A DNA stretch of 64,000 nucleotides, taken from IMG/VR virus record IMGVR_UViG_3300035654_000005. One strand, written 5' to 3'. The position numbers were made by a program, and so were the translations under genes. This document shows positions 20,634 through 30,726 of the stretch, piece after piece (the first letter of the stretch is position 1; every line of letters starts with the position of its first letter). The DNA is from an uncultured virus (IMG/VR IMGVR_UViG_3300035654_000005) (Duplodnaviria > Heunggongvirae > Uroviricota > Caudoviricetes). A model generated the notes under the pieces. It ran no database searches. It was not told the DNA's origin and was given only the letters and a program-made list of their open reading frames with translations.

Positions 20634-21319
20634 ATGNNNNNNNNNNGGTGCTTGAAAGTGCCAGTACAATATCCATCGATACTATCATCATAGAACCCGG
20701 CAACATACGCGGCACATCAGAGTGTGGTCAGGTATTCATCTTACATCAAGATGGCGTACCTGACTTACCATTTGGATCGATCGCATTAAACCGCATTAGC
20801 ATGTTTAAGCTACGACACTCACTCGTACGTTCACTGTCGCCAACTTATGACGTTACAGAGCATAAAGTTGATTTCAATGGTACTCAGCTATCATTTGCAC
20901 GTACCATCCACATGGCCACTAAGAAGTTGAAAGTAGATTTTAGGTGTGCTAATCCAATTACAATTCGCTCACCCCGTGAAGTATTAGATCCAATTACGTA
21001 CTTGGTAACTGGTATTCCAACGTGGCTTGATACTTTATCAAGAGGTCTTCAAGCAATGGGTGGTCAGCTCGTTAAAGTCCACCGTACTGCTGGTGAAGTA
21101 TCACTTAGTGCGATCGATGCGAACGGTGATGCGTTTGATTACAATATTGGTTCAGACGAATTTACAGAAGCAGACGACAATTTTGCATTCGAGTACGACG
21201 CAAAAATGTTTGTAAATATAATCAAACGAGTTAAGCAGGACTCATTCAGCATCACAGCTAATGGTATGATCAATGCTGTAGTCGACAACTTAAACGTATA
21301 CTTAAAACCGGTGGCCTAA
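20634..21319 (+). CDS. Putative sliding clamp (gp45-like); 5' end crosses gap 20637-20646
   Basis: AAGGA RBS and ATG at 20634; size, alternating beta/alpha pattern and position between polymerase and RNase H; assignment is inference. Confidence 0.5.
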
Positions 21320-21320
21320 T

Positions 21321-21722
21321 ATGTTCAAAGCTATAAAGAAGTGGTGGAATCGAAACGATACTCGTTTTGCTGAACTACAGACACAAATCGAAGCAATAAA
21401 AGAAGATCGTGACGAACTTCAATCAGAATTAACAACTGTACGTACCACACAGGAGGCAGATGCTCTTAAAAAATCCAGCAGCGAACCTTGGGTAGAGGTG
21501 CGAAGTGCAGAGTTTGATGCCAACCGTGGTGTGCAAATTGACCTCGACTGGAATCCAGCATTTATTGTGTATTTGAAAGAAAATGGAATTAAAGGTAAGA
21601 CAGAAGAGATCATTATCCAAAAATGGTTAGCATTTCTGTATGAAGATCTTGTACAGAAGTTAGATGAAGAAACGACAGAGCAAAGCGTGCACGATTCTAA
21701 AGAACCGAATGAGTTTCAATAA
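21321..21722 (+). CDS. Conserved hypothetical phage protein
   Basis: Coiled coil then EPWV...LDWN.AFI...G motif; coupled to neighbours. Confidence 0.7.
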   Translation: MFKAIKKWWNRNDTRFAELQTQIEAIKEDRDELQSELTTVRTTQEADALKKSSSEPWVEVRSAEFDANRGVQIDLDWNPAFIVYLKENGIKGKTEEIIIQKWLAFLYEDLVQKLDEETTEQSVHDSKEPNEFQ

Positions 21723-22660
21723 TGGAAACGTGTGATTACTTAGTGTTCGATATATCGAGCGTATTATATCGAACGTTTTATGCTCAACATACAGAAGACG
21801 ATCTAACAATTGCCGGTCTTGCTACACATACCGCATTAACCACTCTTAACAAATATTACAAAGAGTATAAGCCAAAATATGGCGTTATTATGGCGTTTGA
21901 TAGATTGAGCTGGCGCAAAGGTTATATGGCTAGTGATTTAGCCGTATCGGATAAGGCTTACAAAGGCACACGTCGTAAGGACATGAGTCCTTCTAAACAA
22001 ATTAAGTACGCTCAGTTCCTGACTCACTTGGGTGATTTTGAACGATTAATTACTCAACACACGACTATCAGAACAGTTGCGAAGGATGGATTAGAGGCCG
22101 ATGACTTGATTGCTGGTTTTGTACGGTTGCATAAAGAGTTCAAGATTGTTGTGATCACGTCCGATAGTGATATGCTACAACTAAAGCGTCACGGTAATTG
22201 TGAGATTATCACTCCAGCCACTGGCAAAGCTCAGTCTCTAGCCGACTACAACGAAGATCCAGATTACTACACGTTCCACAAATGTATTCGTGGTGATACT
22301 GCCGATAACATTCAGTCAGCACTACCTAATGTGCGGTCTACAGCTATACGTGAAGCTTACGATGATCCATTCAAGCGTACTGCACTCATGAAGACCAAAT
22401 GGACTGATCAGAACGGTAAAGAATTTTTGGTTGAAGATTTATTTGAAGAAAACGATTTGTTGATTCACTTAGACCACCAACCAGAGCCAATCATCAATAT
22501 GATTGATACCACTGTTAAAGCAGCTATGGAAGAAAAGAAAAACTTCAATCTGTTTTACTTGATGAAGTTTATCGGAAAGTACCAACTCAATAAGATCAAG
22601 GATAATATTGAGCAGTACATTCCATTATTGAGTAAGAAGCAAGTTACTCCTAATCTTTAG
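21722..22660 (+). CDS. rnh: T4-type RNase H / 5'-3' exonuclease (FEN family)
   Basis: FD...WRK, YKGTR, EADDLIA, TSDSDMLQL, RGDTADNI. Confidence 0.9.
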   Translation: METCDYLVFDISSVLYRTFYAQHTEDDLTIAGLATHTALTTLNKYYKEYKPKYGVIMAFDRLSWRKGYMASDLAVSDKAYKGTRRKDMSPSKQIKYAQFLTHLGDFERLITQHTTIRTVAKDGLEADDLIAGFVRLHKEFKIVVITSDSDMLQLKRHGNCEIITPATGKAQSLADYNEDPDYYTFHKCIRGDTADNIQSALPNVRSTAIREAYDDPFKRTALMKTKWTDQNGKEFLVEDLFEENDLLIHLDHQPEPIINMIDTTVKAAMEEKKNFNLFYLMKFIGKYQLNKIKDNIEQYIPLLSKKQVTPNL

Positions 22661-23033
22661 ATTGCTTACCTTCGCCTTTAGATGCAGGTTCTACAGGTGG
22701 AGGTTGATTGTATCGAGCGGCCACATACTTGCTCCAACCCTCAATCGCTCCAACGTATGTTAGGTATGTTATCAACAGTTCACCGGACAACTTGTCTTGC
22801 AGTGTAATAAACACCATTATCCAAGTAGCCGTAATTCCACCAACCAACTGCAGCAATTTAGTCAGACTTACCTTCCGGTGACTCGATGTAATCATGTCCG
22901 TCCAGTTAAGATCACCGGTTTTATTCGCACGCCATATCATATAGAACAGCAGCAATGCTAAAATTATAATAACTACCGCTTGTGCATTAAGCGTTAGTGT
23001 AATGCCATCTAGTGACCATATCAAGTTGTCCAT
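22650..23033 (-). CDS. Small membrane protein, putative holin
   Basis: Three hydrophobic segments, charged C-terminus, late motif ATAAATA at 23059-23065 (minus). Confidence 0.5.
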   Translation of the reverse strand: MDNLIWSLDGITLTLNAQAVVIIILALLLFYMIWRANKTGDLNWTDMITSSHRKVSLTKLLQLVGGITATWIMVFITLQDKLSGELLITYLTYVGAIEGWSKYVAARYNQPPPVEPASKGEGKQSKD

Positions 23034-23109
23034 ACCGTATTTTCCTCTGTTATATACATATTTATTGGATTTATGGGTAAATATATAGAATATGTGAGGA
23101 GAGTGTTAG

Positions 23110-24100
23110 ATGGTGGCAAATGTGCGTTTGGGTGATCCAATAAGTTGTGGAGATGTTGTTGCGCAGTGGTAACTGCTTTATGAACGGCATGCCTGTGTCT
23201 AGAGTTGGTGACTTAACCGCTGGCCACTGCTATCCATCTGTTCCACTATTGGTTGGCATACCACACTTCTACGTGAATAATATTCTCGCCGCAGTTGTAG
23301 GCAATCCAATACCAAATCACACATGTGGGGATGATACTCACAACGGTGTAGTTACTACTGGATCACCAAATTGTTTTGCAGGAGAGACAGGAGCGTCTGC
23401 ACAAAGCGGCTCATCTGTTATTGCACAATACATACAGTCAGGGATACCACCTCAACTCGCTGCAGAACAACACGACGACGATCCAGGTAGTGATCCTGTG
23501 TATATTGCTGCAAGACAATCGTCAGTGTTACTATCTCCAATTGCAAGAACGCCTGTTGTAGTACAAACCACTCCCAAGGTTGCTCGAATAGCTGTGGCCA
23601 ACGTACCATCAGATTGTACAGACATATATGCTGTCTCTGGTGCGTTCTCACCGTCATTCCAACTATCTACGCATTTTACGTTGGCGATGTTGACTACAAA
23701 CACACTCGTTAGTAATTATCCTCTAGTAGAGCAGGTTGGACTAACACCTGCTGATATCGTATGCAACCTGAGAAGATTATGTGTCAATGTTCTTGAGCCG
23801 CTGTATACAAAGTATGGATCCGACTTAGTTATTAATTCTGGCTTCCGACATGGATCTGGTACAAGCCAGCATTACCGTGGGGAGGCTGTAGATGTATCGT
23901 TCAAAAATGTGAGGACTCCTGATGCTTCTTGGGCAAGAGCTCAAGAATTACCATCCGTAGTTCCATTTGATCAGTATATATTTGAGCAAAACTTATCAGT
24001 ATGGTATCACTTCTCCTACGTAGCTGACGGTAATCGCGCAGTCGTCCTATCAAAACCTAGAGGAGATAGGTATTACTCTGGCTTAACACGGTTTGCTTGA
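23110..24100 (+). CDS. PAAR spike-tip protein fused to peptidase M15 domain; apparent frameshift near 23164
   Basis: GAGGAG RBS and ATG 23110 give MVANVRLGDPISCGDVVAQ; next frame continues SGNCFMNGMPVSRVGD...H...VVGN...H.C...H...GSPN; C-terminal INSGFR, SQH..GEAVD, WYHFS. Confidence 0.8.
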
Positions 24101-24153
24101 TTGGTAAGCAATCCGATAAATACTAGTTCATATAACAACAAGGACATGAAATA

Positions 24154-24571
24154 ATGGCAAATAGTTTATACGGCAAAGGCCGAGAAAAATTCGCACAAGC
24201 AGCAATCAACTGGAACACAGACACTATTAAGTGCGTTTTAGTCGATAGTGCTCAATACACCGTTGATTTAGTAGTACACGAGTTCTTATCTGACGTTGCA
24301 GTCGGAGCTAGAATTGCTACTTCCCCGTCNNNNNNNNNNACTAACAACTAAAACTTCAGTTGGTGGAGCATGTGATGCAGATGATGCGCTATTCACTGCC
24401 GTAACGGGTGTGTCATGCGAGGCATTAATAATTTACAAAGATACTGGATCTGCTGCAACTAGTCCACTGTTAGTATACATTGACACAGCAACTGGTTTAC
24501 CGATCACTCCAAACGGTGGTGATATATTGGTAGGTTGGAACAACGGTACTGATAAAATCTTCAAACTATAA
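24154..24571 (+). CDS. Small tail/virion structural protein (gap 24330-24339)
   Basis: MANSLYGKGREKF...; C-terminal half DADD..F...LPITPNGGDI...W; late promoter ATAAATA 24116-24122. Confidence 0.65.
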
Positions 24572-24580
24572 GGACTTCAA

Positions 24581-25771
24581 ATGGCTGTTAAAGTATATAC
24601 AAATTTAGACGCAGGTGCTCCTACGTTGACTGGTCAGGTTGGTGTAATGTTGACCGTCCTCGACGCTGTATTAGTCAACGGATACAACAGCGTATCGATT
24701 ACAAGCATCACACGTTCGAGCAACGTGGCAACCGCTACGTTTGCTTCTGCTCACGGTTTGGCTACTGGTGATACTGCTCTGATAGCTGGTGCAAACGAAG
24801 TAGATTACAATGGTGAGTTCGTGGTTACTGTTACTAGCACAACAACCCTCACATTTGCTGTAGCTAATACTCCAGCTACTCCAGCTACTGGTACAATTAC
24901 AGGTAAACGTGCTGGTGGTGGTTTTGCTAAACCTTTCACAGGTACCAATATTGCGGTATATAGATCAAACGACGTAACAGGTATTCGTCACTATCTACAA
25001 GTAAAAGATGATGGTACGGGTGCAGGTGGTAATAGGGAAGCTCTGTTGCGTGGATATGAGACTATGTCATCTGCTACTGTTGGCACAGGACCATTCCCAA
25101 TTGTTTCCCAGTCAACAAACGGATATATAATGGGTAAATCATCTACAACTGATGCTACCGCCAGACCTTGGACTATCATCACAGACGGTTTTATATTTTA
25201 CATGTGGGTACAATACGCAGGTACTGCAGCAAATGGAGTTACACTACCTATTACAACAAATACGTGCTTGTTTGGTGATATTAAATCGTACAAGACTGGA
25301 GACGTATACAGTAGCACCGTAGGTGGTGCGACCACCGAGAACAATACGACTAGCTTCAGTGGGGGTCTTGGAACTGGGGTCCTAAGCGTACCAACAACTA
25401 GTACGTTTGGTACACCAACGGGATTGGCATGTCCCAGAGATTTCACAGGGACTGGTAGCGCTAAACTACAATCCTTATTTGGGACAGGTCAAAACACAAT
25501 CATATCATCTACGCTACAAGTTCAATATCCAAATCCGGTTGATGGTGGTATGTACATTGCTCCTATTGCTGTGGTTCAGGGGTTGCCTTCAGCAATCAGA
25601 GGATCCTTGCCTGGTGTATACGAATCGTTGCATGGAGTCAACACTCATTTGGGTGGGGATATAATAACAAACGTAACCGGATTACCAGGTAGGAAGTTGC
25701 GTTGGATGCCAGCTACAAGTTCAAGTTCACAGGCAGGTGCATTTATTGACGTAACTGGTCCATGGAGATAA
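24581..25771 (+). CDS. Tail fibre / receptor-binding-associated protein
   Basis: AGAPTL..., LDAVLVNGY, HGLATGD..LI.GA...YNG.F.V domain, C-terminal DVTGPWR. Confidence 0.6.
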   Translation: MAVKVYTNLDAGAPTLTGQVGVMLTVLDAVLVNGYNSVSITSITRSSNVATATFASAHGLATGDTALIAGANEVDYNGEFVVTVTSTTTLTFAVANTPATPATGTITGKRAGGGFAKPFTGTNIAVYRSNDVTGIRHYLQVKDDGTGAGGNREALLRGYETMSSATVGTGPFPIVSQSTNGYIMGKSSTTDATARPWTIITDGFIFYMWVQYAGTAANGVTLPITTNTCLFGDIKSYKTGDVYSSTVGGATTENNTTSFSGGLGTGVLSVPTTSTFGTPTGLACPRDFTGTGSAKLQSLFGTGQNTIISSTLQVQYPNPVDGGMYIAPIAVVQGLPSAIRGSLPGVYESLHGVNTHLGGDIITNVTGLPGRKLRWMPATSSSSQAGAFIDVTGPWR

Positions 25772-25774
25772 TCC

Positions 25775-26578
25775 GTGGCAGCACACTCATACTGGCAAAT
25801 AATTTTTCCAGCGGCTCCGTCAGCGCGCACATCATCTACCCAACAAATAACTGAATTAGAATTTCACACATCAGTTGGTGGAGCGCAAGCGGCAACGGGG
25901 GGTACTGCAACGGGTTTTGCGCTAACCCCATCAGGTACGCCTGCAAACGCTTTCGACGGTAATACTGGTACGGTGTACGGCGATACTGGTGCCACTACAA
26001 ATACCATGTGGGGTATAGGATATTCATTTGCTACTCCCGTCGATATAGTTGAGATTGTTCTAAAAATTGGTGCGTCTCCAGCAACTGGTCCTGTTAATTA
26101 TATCGTTAGATATAGTGATAATGGGTCGTCGTGGGTCAATCAATATGCGGCTAGCACCACCTGGGCTGCTAATGAATCAAAAACTATCTTGGTGTCAGCA
26201 AATGTGTTGGGTACGTTGTTGGCAAGACCTGATTATAATCAACTGGCATATACTCACACAGGATCGTATGGTACACTGTTTCCTAGAGCAATCTCAACAT
26301 GTGTACTACCAAACGGAAATGGGTTTACACGAACTCAATTCAAAGGAAGTACATACAAAGTACAAGGAACGACTACACAGTTGGGAGTTCCTACTGCTCG
26401 GAAAGTGTGGCTAGTAGATCAAGCATCAGGACTTTTAGTCGATTCCGTAGCAACAGATTCCACGGGAGCCTTTGTATTTAACGAGATATTACCAGGTACG
26501 TACTCAGTAATTGGGGTAAATCCAACTGGCGTACAAAATAGTGTTATTTACGCTCACATAGCCGCAGTACCGATGTAA
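25775..26578 (+). CDS. Tail-associated protein with discoidin/F5-8-like and Ig-like domains
   Basis: AH.YW, ELEF, NAFDGN, YSDNG..W; C-terminal V.GT...G.P..RKV.L...G.F.F. Confidence 0.55.
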   Translation: MAAHSYWQIIFPAAPSARTSSTQQITELEFHTSVGGAQAATGGTATGFALTPSGTPANAFDGNTGTVYGDTGATTNTMWGIGYSFATPVDIVEIVLKIGASPATGPVNYIVRYSDNGSSWVNQYAASTTWAANESKTILVSANVLGTLLARPDYNQLAYTHTGSYGTLFPRAISTCVLPNGNGFTRTQFKGSTYKVQGTTTQLGVPTARKVWLVDQASGLLVDSVATDSTGAFVFNEILPGTYSVIGVNPTGVQNSVIYAHIAAVPM

Positions 26579-28644
26579 TGTCGTATGTTCCTCCATCAGG
26601 AAGTTCTGTTGGAGTTGATTTTACTTCAACTCCATATGTTGCGCCTAATGCAGGTAGTGTAGCGTTAGAGTTCGATCCTACGGATGTATTTAATATACGA
26701 CAAGCTGGTGGCATTCTAGCTCCATCTGTACCTTCCCCATCATTAACTAATCAGCGACAAAATTTGTTTGCGTCTGGTACACCTCCGCCCGACATTAGCG
26801 GTACCACCGTCGAACGTGTATCTCTAAAGATATATCCACCAGGTATTGAAGCACCAGCTACTGTACCTTCACCACAATTCATATATAACCAACTTGCGTT
26901 TCCATCCGGAGTATTACCGCCTGATTCATACGTTTCAGTCGATAGAGTCCGGTTGTTGGGTGGATATCTCGGAGTGCCTGGTTCAAACGTAATTCTGGAC
27001 TTTTCAACTGGTGCTTACTTTCCACCTCCTGCATCGTCTACCATATTAGAATTTGGTTCTGAGGGTTTCACAAACGTTCTGGGTGCAGGTGCAATCAACT
27101 CCTCATCAGTTGGAACTCCTACAATAACTCAACAAGCGGGTGCATTTGGTGTAACTGCTGGGAATACATCGTCGGTTGGAACTCCAACTGTGTCACGTAC
27201 AGTTGCGTATGTATTCCCTCAAGGGATTAGTGCTCCAACGTTAAGCTCTGGTCACCTAGTAACAAGTGCATTGCAATTAGTAACACAAACGACTGGTATA
27301 TCAGCTCCTGTACCTAGTTCTGTAAACACAGTATCGTATTATTATAGAACTATAAACCCGGTTGGTATATCAGCTCCGACTGTTCCGAACCCAAGTGTTA
27401 GATATTCGAATTCTATATTCCCTGCTGGTATTAGTGCTCCAGTGTTAAGCACGTCAACAACAATTACAAATCTGTTACAGGTGTTGCTGCCACAGAGCAT
27501 TGTTGCTCCAATACCTAGCACAAATACAGAAATTTCTGATTATTTCCGAACAATAAATCCCGTAGGTATTGCTGCTAGTGCGGTACCCACACCAACCGTT
27601 GGTCGCATAAATTCGATACTACCGACTGGGATACCAGCACCCGCAATTAACGGTACTGTTGTTTCTAACAGATCACGTGTTATAAATCCGTCTGGAATCA
27701 GTGCACCCGCTGTTAGCACCAGCAATCGAATATTCAACCAATCGGAACTGCTACCATCTGGAATCAGTGCTCCAGTTGTAAGCTCAGGTACTGTAGTTGC
27801 TAACAGAAACAGAACGCTTACCGTACCATCCATTGGTAGTAGTATTGTAAGTACACAAACGGTTGTTATTCACCCAATGACAACCAAAGTAATATTCACA
27901 CCAACCATTAGTGATAGTGTTGTAAGTGTACCAGTTATATCGATTACTCAATCTCCTTCTCAGTCAATTAATATAACCGGTATATCCAATCCTACTGTAT
28001 CGTCTGGTTCGGTAGTCATTGGATATCCTCCTGATACAGTGGACCCACAACCACCACTGGGCAATCCATGTTATCCTACGTATCAATACAGACCGGAGGC
28101 GTTTGCACCATCTGCCTCATCTTGTCAAGCTCCTAATTTCTCTGAGAGACGTAGCAGATTAACTACTGGTGGAGTGTTCTTCCGTTCAATCAACCAAGGT
28201 CCACAAACCAATTTACTAGCTGTAGAATTGGCCTCTAACACGTTTAGGGTATATTTTAACAACGTGATAGTTGAAACATATAGCTCAGTAGTGATGGGAG
28301 CTGGTGGTATTGCTGCCTTGAGAGCTCGTCTAGCAACATCTGAGTACATCCGAATGCCAGCCATTGGAGTCGATATCAATGATGGTAGGGTGGTTGAAAA
28401 TGATACTATCTTGGGAGGATTAAATCCGATTGCTAAAACCAGTTTAGTTGGAGGTAGTGGACCACCGATTGATGCGCCTTCTATCGCTGCTATTAGAACA
28501 GGACCATCGAGAACTATATGCGTGTTGCAAACTTCAGAAAACAACGCTGGTAGCCCCGTTGGTGTGTATCAAGCTATACAGTGGAATGGAACAAAGTGGA
28601 TAAATTATTCCAACGAAGTTCAAGGAAGTTGCCCAATTGGATAG
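26578..28644 (+). CDS. Repeat-rich virion protein (P/S/T/V-rich), putative fibre
   Basis: Four YxxPxxxxVxx(D/E)F units and more than ten (P)xGIxAPxV units. Confidence 0.6.
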   Translation: MSYVPPSGSSVGVDFTSTPYVAPNAGSVALEFDPTDVFNIRQAGGILAPSVPSPSLTNQRQNLFASGTPPPDISGTTVERVSLKIYPPGIEAPATVPSPQFIYNQLAFPSGVLPPDSYVSVDRVRLLGGYLGVPGSNVILDFSTGAYFPPPASSTILEFGSEGFTNVLGAGAINSSSVGTPTITQQAGAFGVTAGNTSSVGTPTVSRTVAYVFPQGISAPTLSSGHLVTSALQLVTQTTGISAPVPSSVNTVSYYYRTINPVGISAPTVPNPSVRYSNSIFPAGISAPVLSTSTTITNLLQVLLPQSIVAPIPSTNTEISDYFRTINPVGIAASAVPTPTVGRINSILPTGIPAPAINGTVVSNRSRVINPSGISAPAVSTSNRIFNQSELLPSGISAPVVSSGTVVANRNRTLTVPSIGSSIVSTQTVVIHPMTTKVIFTPTISDSVVSVPVISITQSPSQSINITGISNPTVSSGSVVIGYPPDTVDPQPPLGNPCYPTYQYRPEAFAPSASSCQAPNFSERRSRLTTGGVFFRSINQGPQTNLLAVELASNTFRVYFNNVIVETYSSVVMGAGGIAALRARLATSEYIRMPAIGVDINDGRVVENDTILGGLNPIAKTSLVGGSGPPIDAPSIAAIRTGPSRTICVLQTSENNAGSPVGVYQAIQWNGTKWINYSNEVQGSCPIG

Positions 28645-28735
28645 GGGACGCAAACCGTGTAGATAGGAGTGCTGAATTTGCTATGGGTTAAATACATGTA
28701 TCAAATTTAACAAACAACCTTTTTGGAGATTTACC

Positions 28736-29140
28736 ATGGCAGATCAAGCACAAGCAGCAGGACCACAAGTATCATATCGCGTAGAGAAATCACGTGACTA
28801 CCACCACATTTTTTGGATCGAACTTTACGGTGACGGCATTCTACACGAATGTGCAGTTTTAAAACGTGACGGTAACGGTAGTGTATTCTTTTTCCAAACT
28901 AACCACTTGGATGAGATCGATAAAAAACGTTTAGCAAGTCTTTTAATGGATCGTAACGCAGCAACTGTAGAACTTTGGGACATTGCAGCTAACCGTACCT
29001 TAGGTAATGGTGTGAACGCATTGGTGTACTTCCACCAGTTAGCTAAAATCCTTACACCTAACGGTAAGATCTTAGATCCACGTTCAGGTCAAGTAGGTAC
29101 AGTATCAACTGGTTCTGTAAACCTTAACACACCAGCGTAA
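28736..29140 (+). CDS. Conserved hypothetical late protein
   Basis: TAAATA 28689-28694, GGAG RBS, followed by terminator. Confidence 0.75.
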   Translation: MADQAQAAGPQVSYRVEKSRDYHHIFWIELYGDGILHECAVLKRDGNGSVFFFQTNHLDEIDKKRLASLLMDRNAATVELWDIAANRTLGNGVNALVYFHQLAKILTPNGKILDPRSGQVGTVSTGSVNLNTPA

Positions 29141-29155
29141 TTATTACTGATCAAT

Positions 29156-29182
29156 AAAAAAGCCCGCAATGCGGGCTTTTTT
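29156..29182. terminator. Bidirectional rho-independent terminator
   Basis: A6-GCCCGC-AAT-GCGGGC-T6; identical to 14166-14192 except the loop. Confidence 0.92.
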
Positions 29183-29197
29183 ATTGTCTAACAGATG

Positions 29198-30442
29198 TTA
29201 CTGAGGTGTACGAGCAAAGCTTATGCTGATTGTATAAGTGACCGTGATAGTACGGTTTTTAGACTTCAACACAGGGCTAAATACCAAGTGAGCCAATAAG
29301 CGCTCACGCTCTGCTGATGGGTTAGTAGGTGAGTTTTGAACACCTGCTACTGTACCTGGATTTGCAGCGATTAACGTCGCACCAATTGGAGGATTGAATA
29401 CTGTTAGCAACGCTGATGTATTCGAACCTGCTAGTGAGATTGCTGATGTTGAACCAGAAGTTGAACTTTGTACTTTCAAGTATCCATACGTTTGTTCTGA
29501 TAATATAGATGGGAATGTACCAGCTGTGTTATCCGTGATTGAAATTGTTGAGTTTAATGGTAATGGATTTGTACCAGCAAAGCCCCAAGCTGCGGAACCT
29601 GTGTTGATTGCCTCACATAGATCACCATACAGTATTTCGCCTGCTGGACCTGAACCACCACCCGCAGGAGTAGTGAATGCAATCACCGTTGAAGTACCAC
29701 CATCTACAGAAATGTCAAACGAATATGATTGTCCCGCTGTAAGACCCGATACGTCAGTTGATGTGCGATTGCCGACGTCAATGAATTGATATCCACTCGT
29801 GTTAATTGCTGATGCACCAGATGTGTACAGAGCGATCTCATCAAATACAAAGTCAGATTCTAAGCTAGATGATGCACCCGCACTAGGTCCTGATGATGAC
29901 AATTGACTACGAGGTTCATCACCGTTCAACGTACATGTAATAACAATATCTGAGCTTACTCCAAGATCAACACTACGAGCACCTGGACCGGAAACGTGTG
30001 GAACAGATGTAGGATCGGATGAAGGAACAGCACCGCCCCCTGGACGAAGTCCAGTATTCAAGTCAGCAGAACCAGGATCAGAGCCAAGCAATGGATTTAA
30101 TACGCTTTGACCGTCATCCACAATTTCTGAGTACGTTTCGTTGTACATACGAGAATCCCAAGTTGCAGCATCTGGAGAAAAGCCGTCATTTGGTGTTTTA
30201 TAAATTACGTTGAATGCAGCGTCGATGATCGTACCACCGTTACCAAATGCCATTCTGTGGATAAAATAGTTGTGTTCGTTTGATAGAGCACGTGCAACAA
30301 CCCTAGCTAAGTTACGCGGGTGGATTGCGTTGTGTTTGTCTAGCAGTACGTTGCCAAGGTCATCTTGAATGTGAACGTGGCCTTTAGCCATCATGGTGAC
30401 GTAATCGTGATTATTGTTCATCTTATTCCTATTATTGATCAA
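29198..30442 (-). CDS. Baseplate/tail-fibre attachment structural protein
   Basis: HNAIHPRN, MAFGNGG, FVFDEIAL, HLVFSPVLKS.NR motifs; end of baseplate gene block. Confidence 0.6.
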   Translation of the reverse strand: MINNRNKMNNNHDYVTMMAKGHVHIQDDLGNVLLDKHNAIHPRNLARVVARALSNEHNYFIHRMAFGNGGTIIDAAFNVIYKTPNDGFSPDAATWDSRMYNETYSEIVDDGQSVLNPLLGSDPGSADLNTGLRPGGGAVPSSDPTSVPHVSGPGARSVDLGVSSDIVITCTLNGDEPRSQLSSSGPSAGASSSLESDFVFDEIALYTSGASAINTSGYQFIDVGNRTSTDVSGLTAGQSYSFDISVDGGTSTVIAFTTPAGGGSGPAGEILYGDLCEAINTGSAAWGFAGTNPLPLNSTISITDNTAGTFPSILSEQTYGYLKVQSSTSGSTSAISLAGSNTSALLTVFNPPIGATLIAANPGTVAGVQNSPTNPSAERERLLAHLVFSPVLKSKNRTITVTYTISISFARTPQ

Positions 30443-30665
30443 GACGTCTTACTGACGTCGTTAGTTGTTTAATCATATTGTTTAGTGCTACTGGTTCAAC
30501 CAAAGCCTGTCCTAAATCGTATCCCTTGATTAGCTCATCTGCTACATTGCTGAAAACAAATGTTCCTTTTAAGCCTTGTTTTTGAATCTCTACAATGGCA
30601 TAACCGTTTAATCTCAAGTAAGAGGCTAACACGATGTCCGTTGTTTTGTATACTGTATTGTCCAT
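30432..30665 (-). CDS. DUF5659-like small protein
   Basis: YKTTDIVLASYL...G...FVF pattern; TATAAATA at 30696-30703 (minus). Confidence 0.6.
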   Translation of the reverse strand: MDNTVYKTTDIVLASYLRLNGYAIVEIQKQGLKGTFVFSNVADELIKGYDLGQALVEPVALNNMIKQLTTSVRRLDQ

Positions 30666-30726
30666 ATAATTATTACATCCTATTGTGTGTAGGTATATTT
30701 ATATGTTACCTATATTGGTATGCTTG

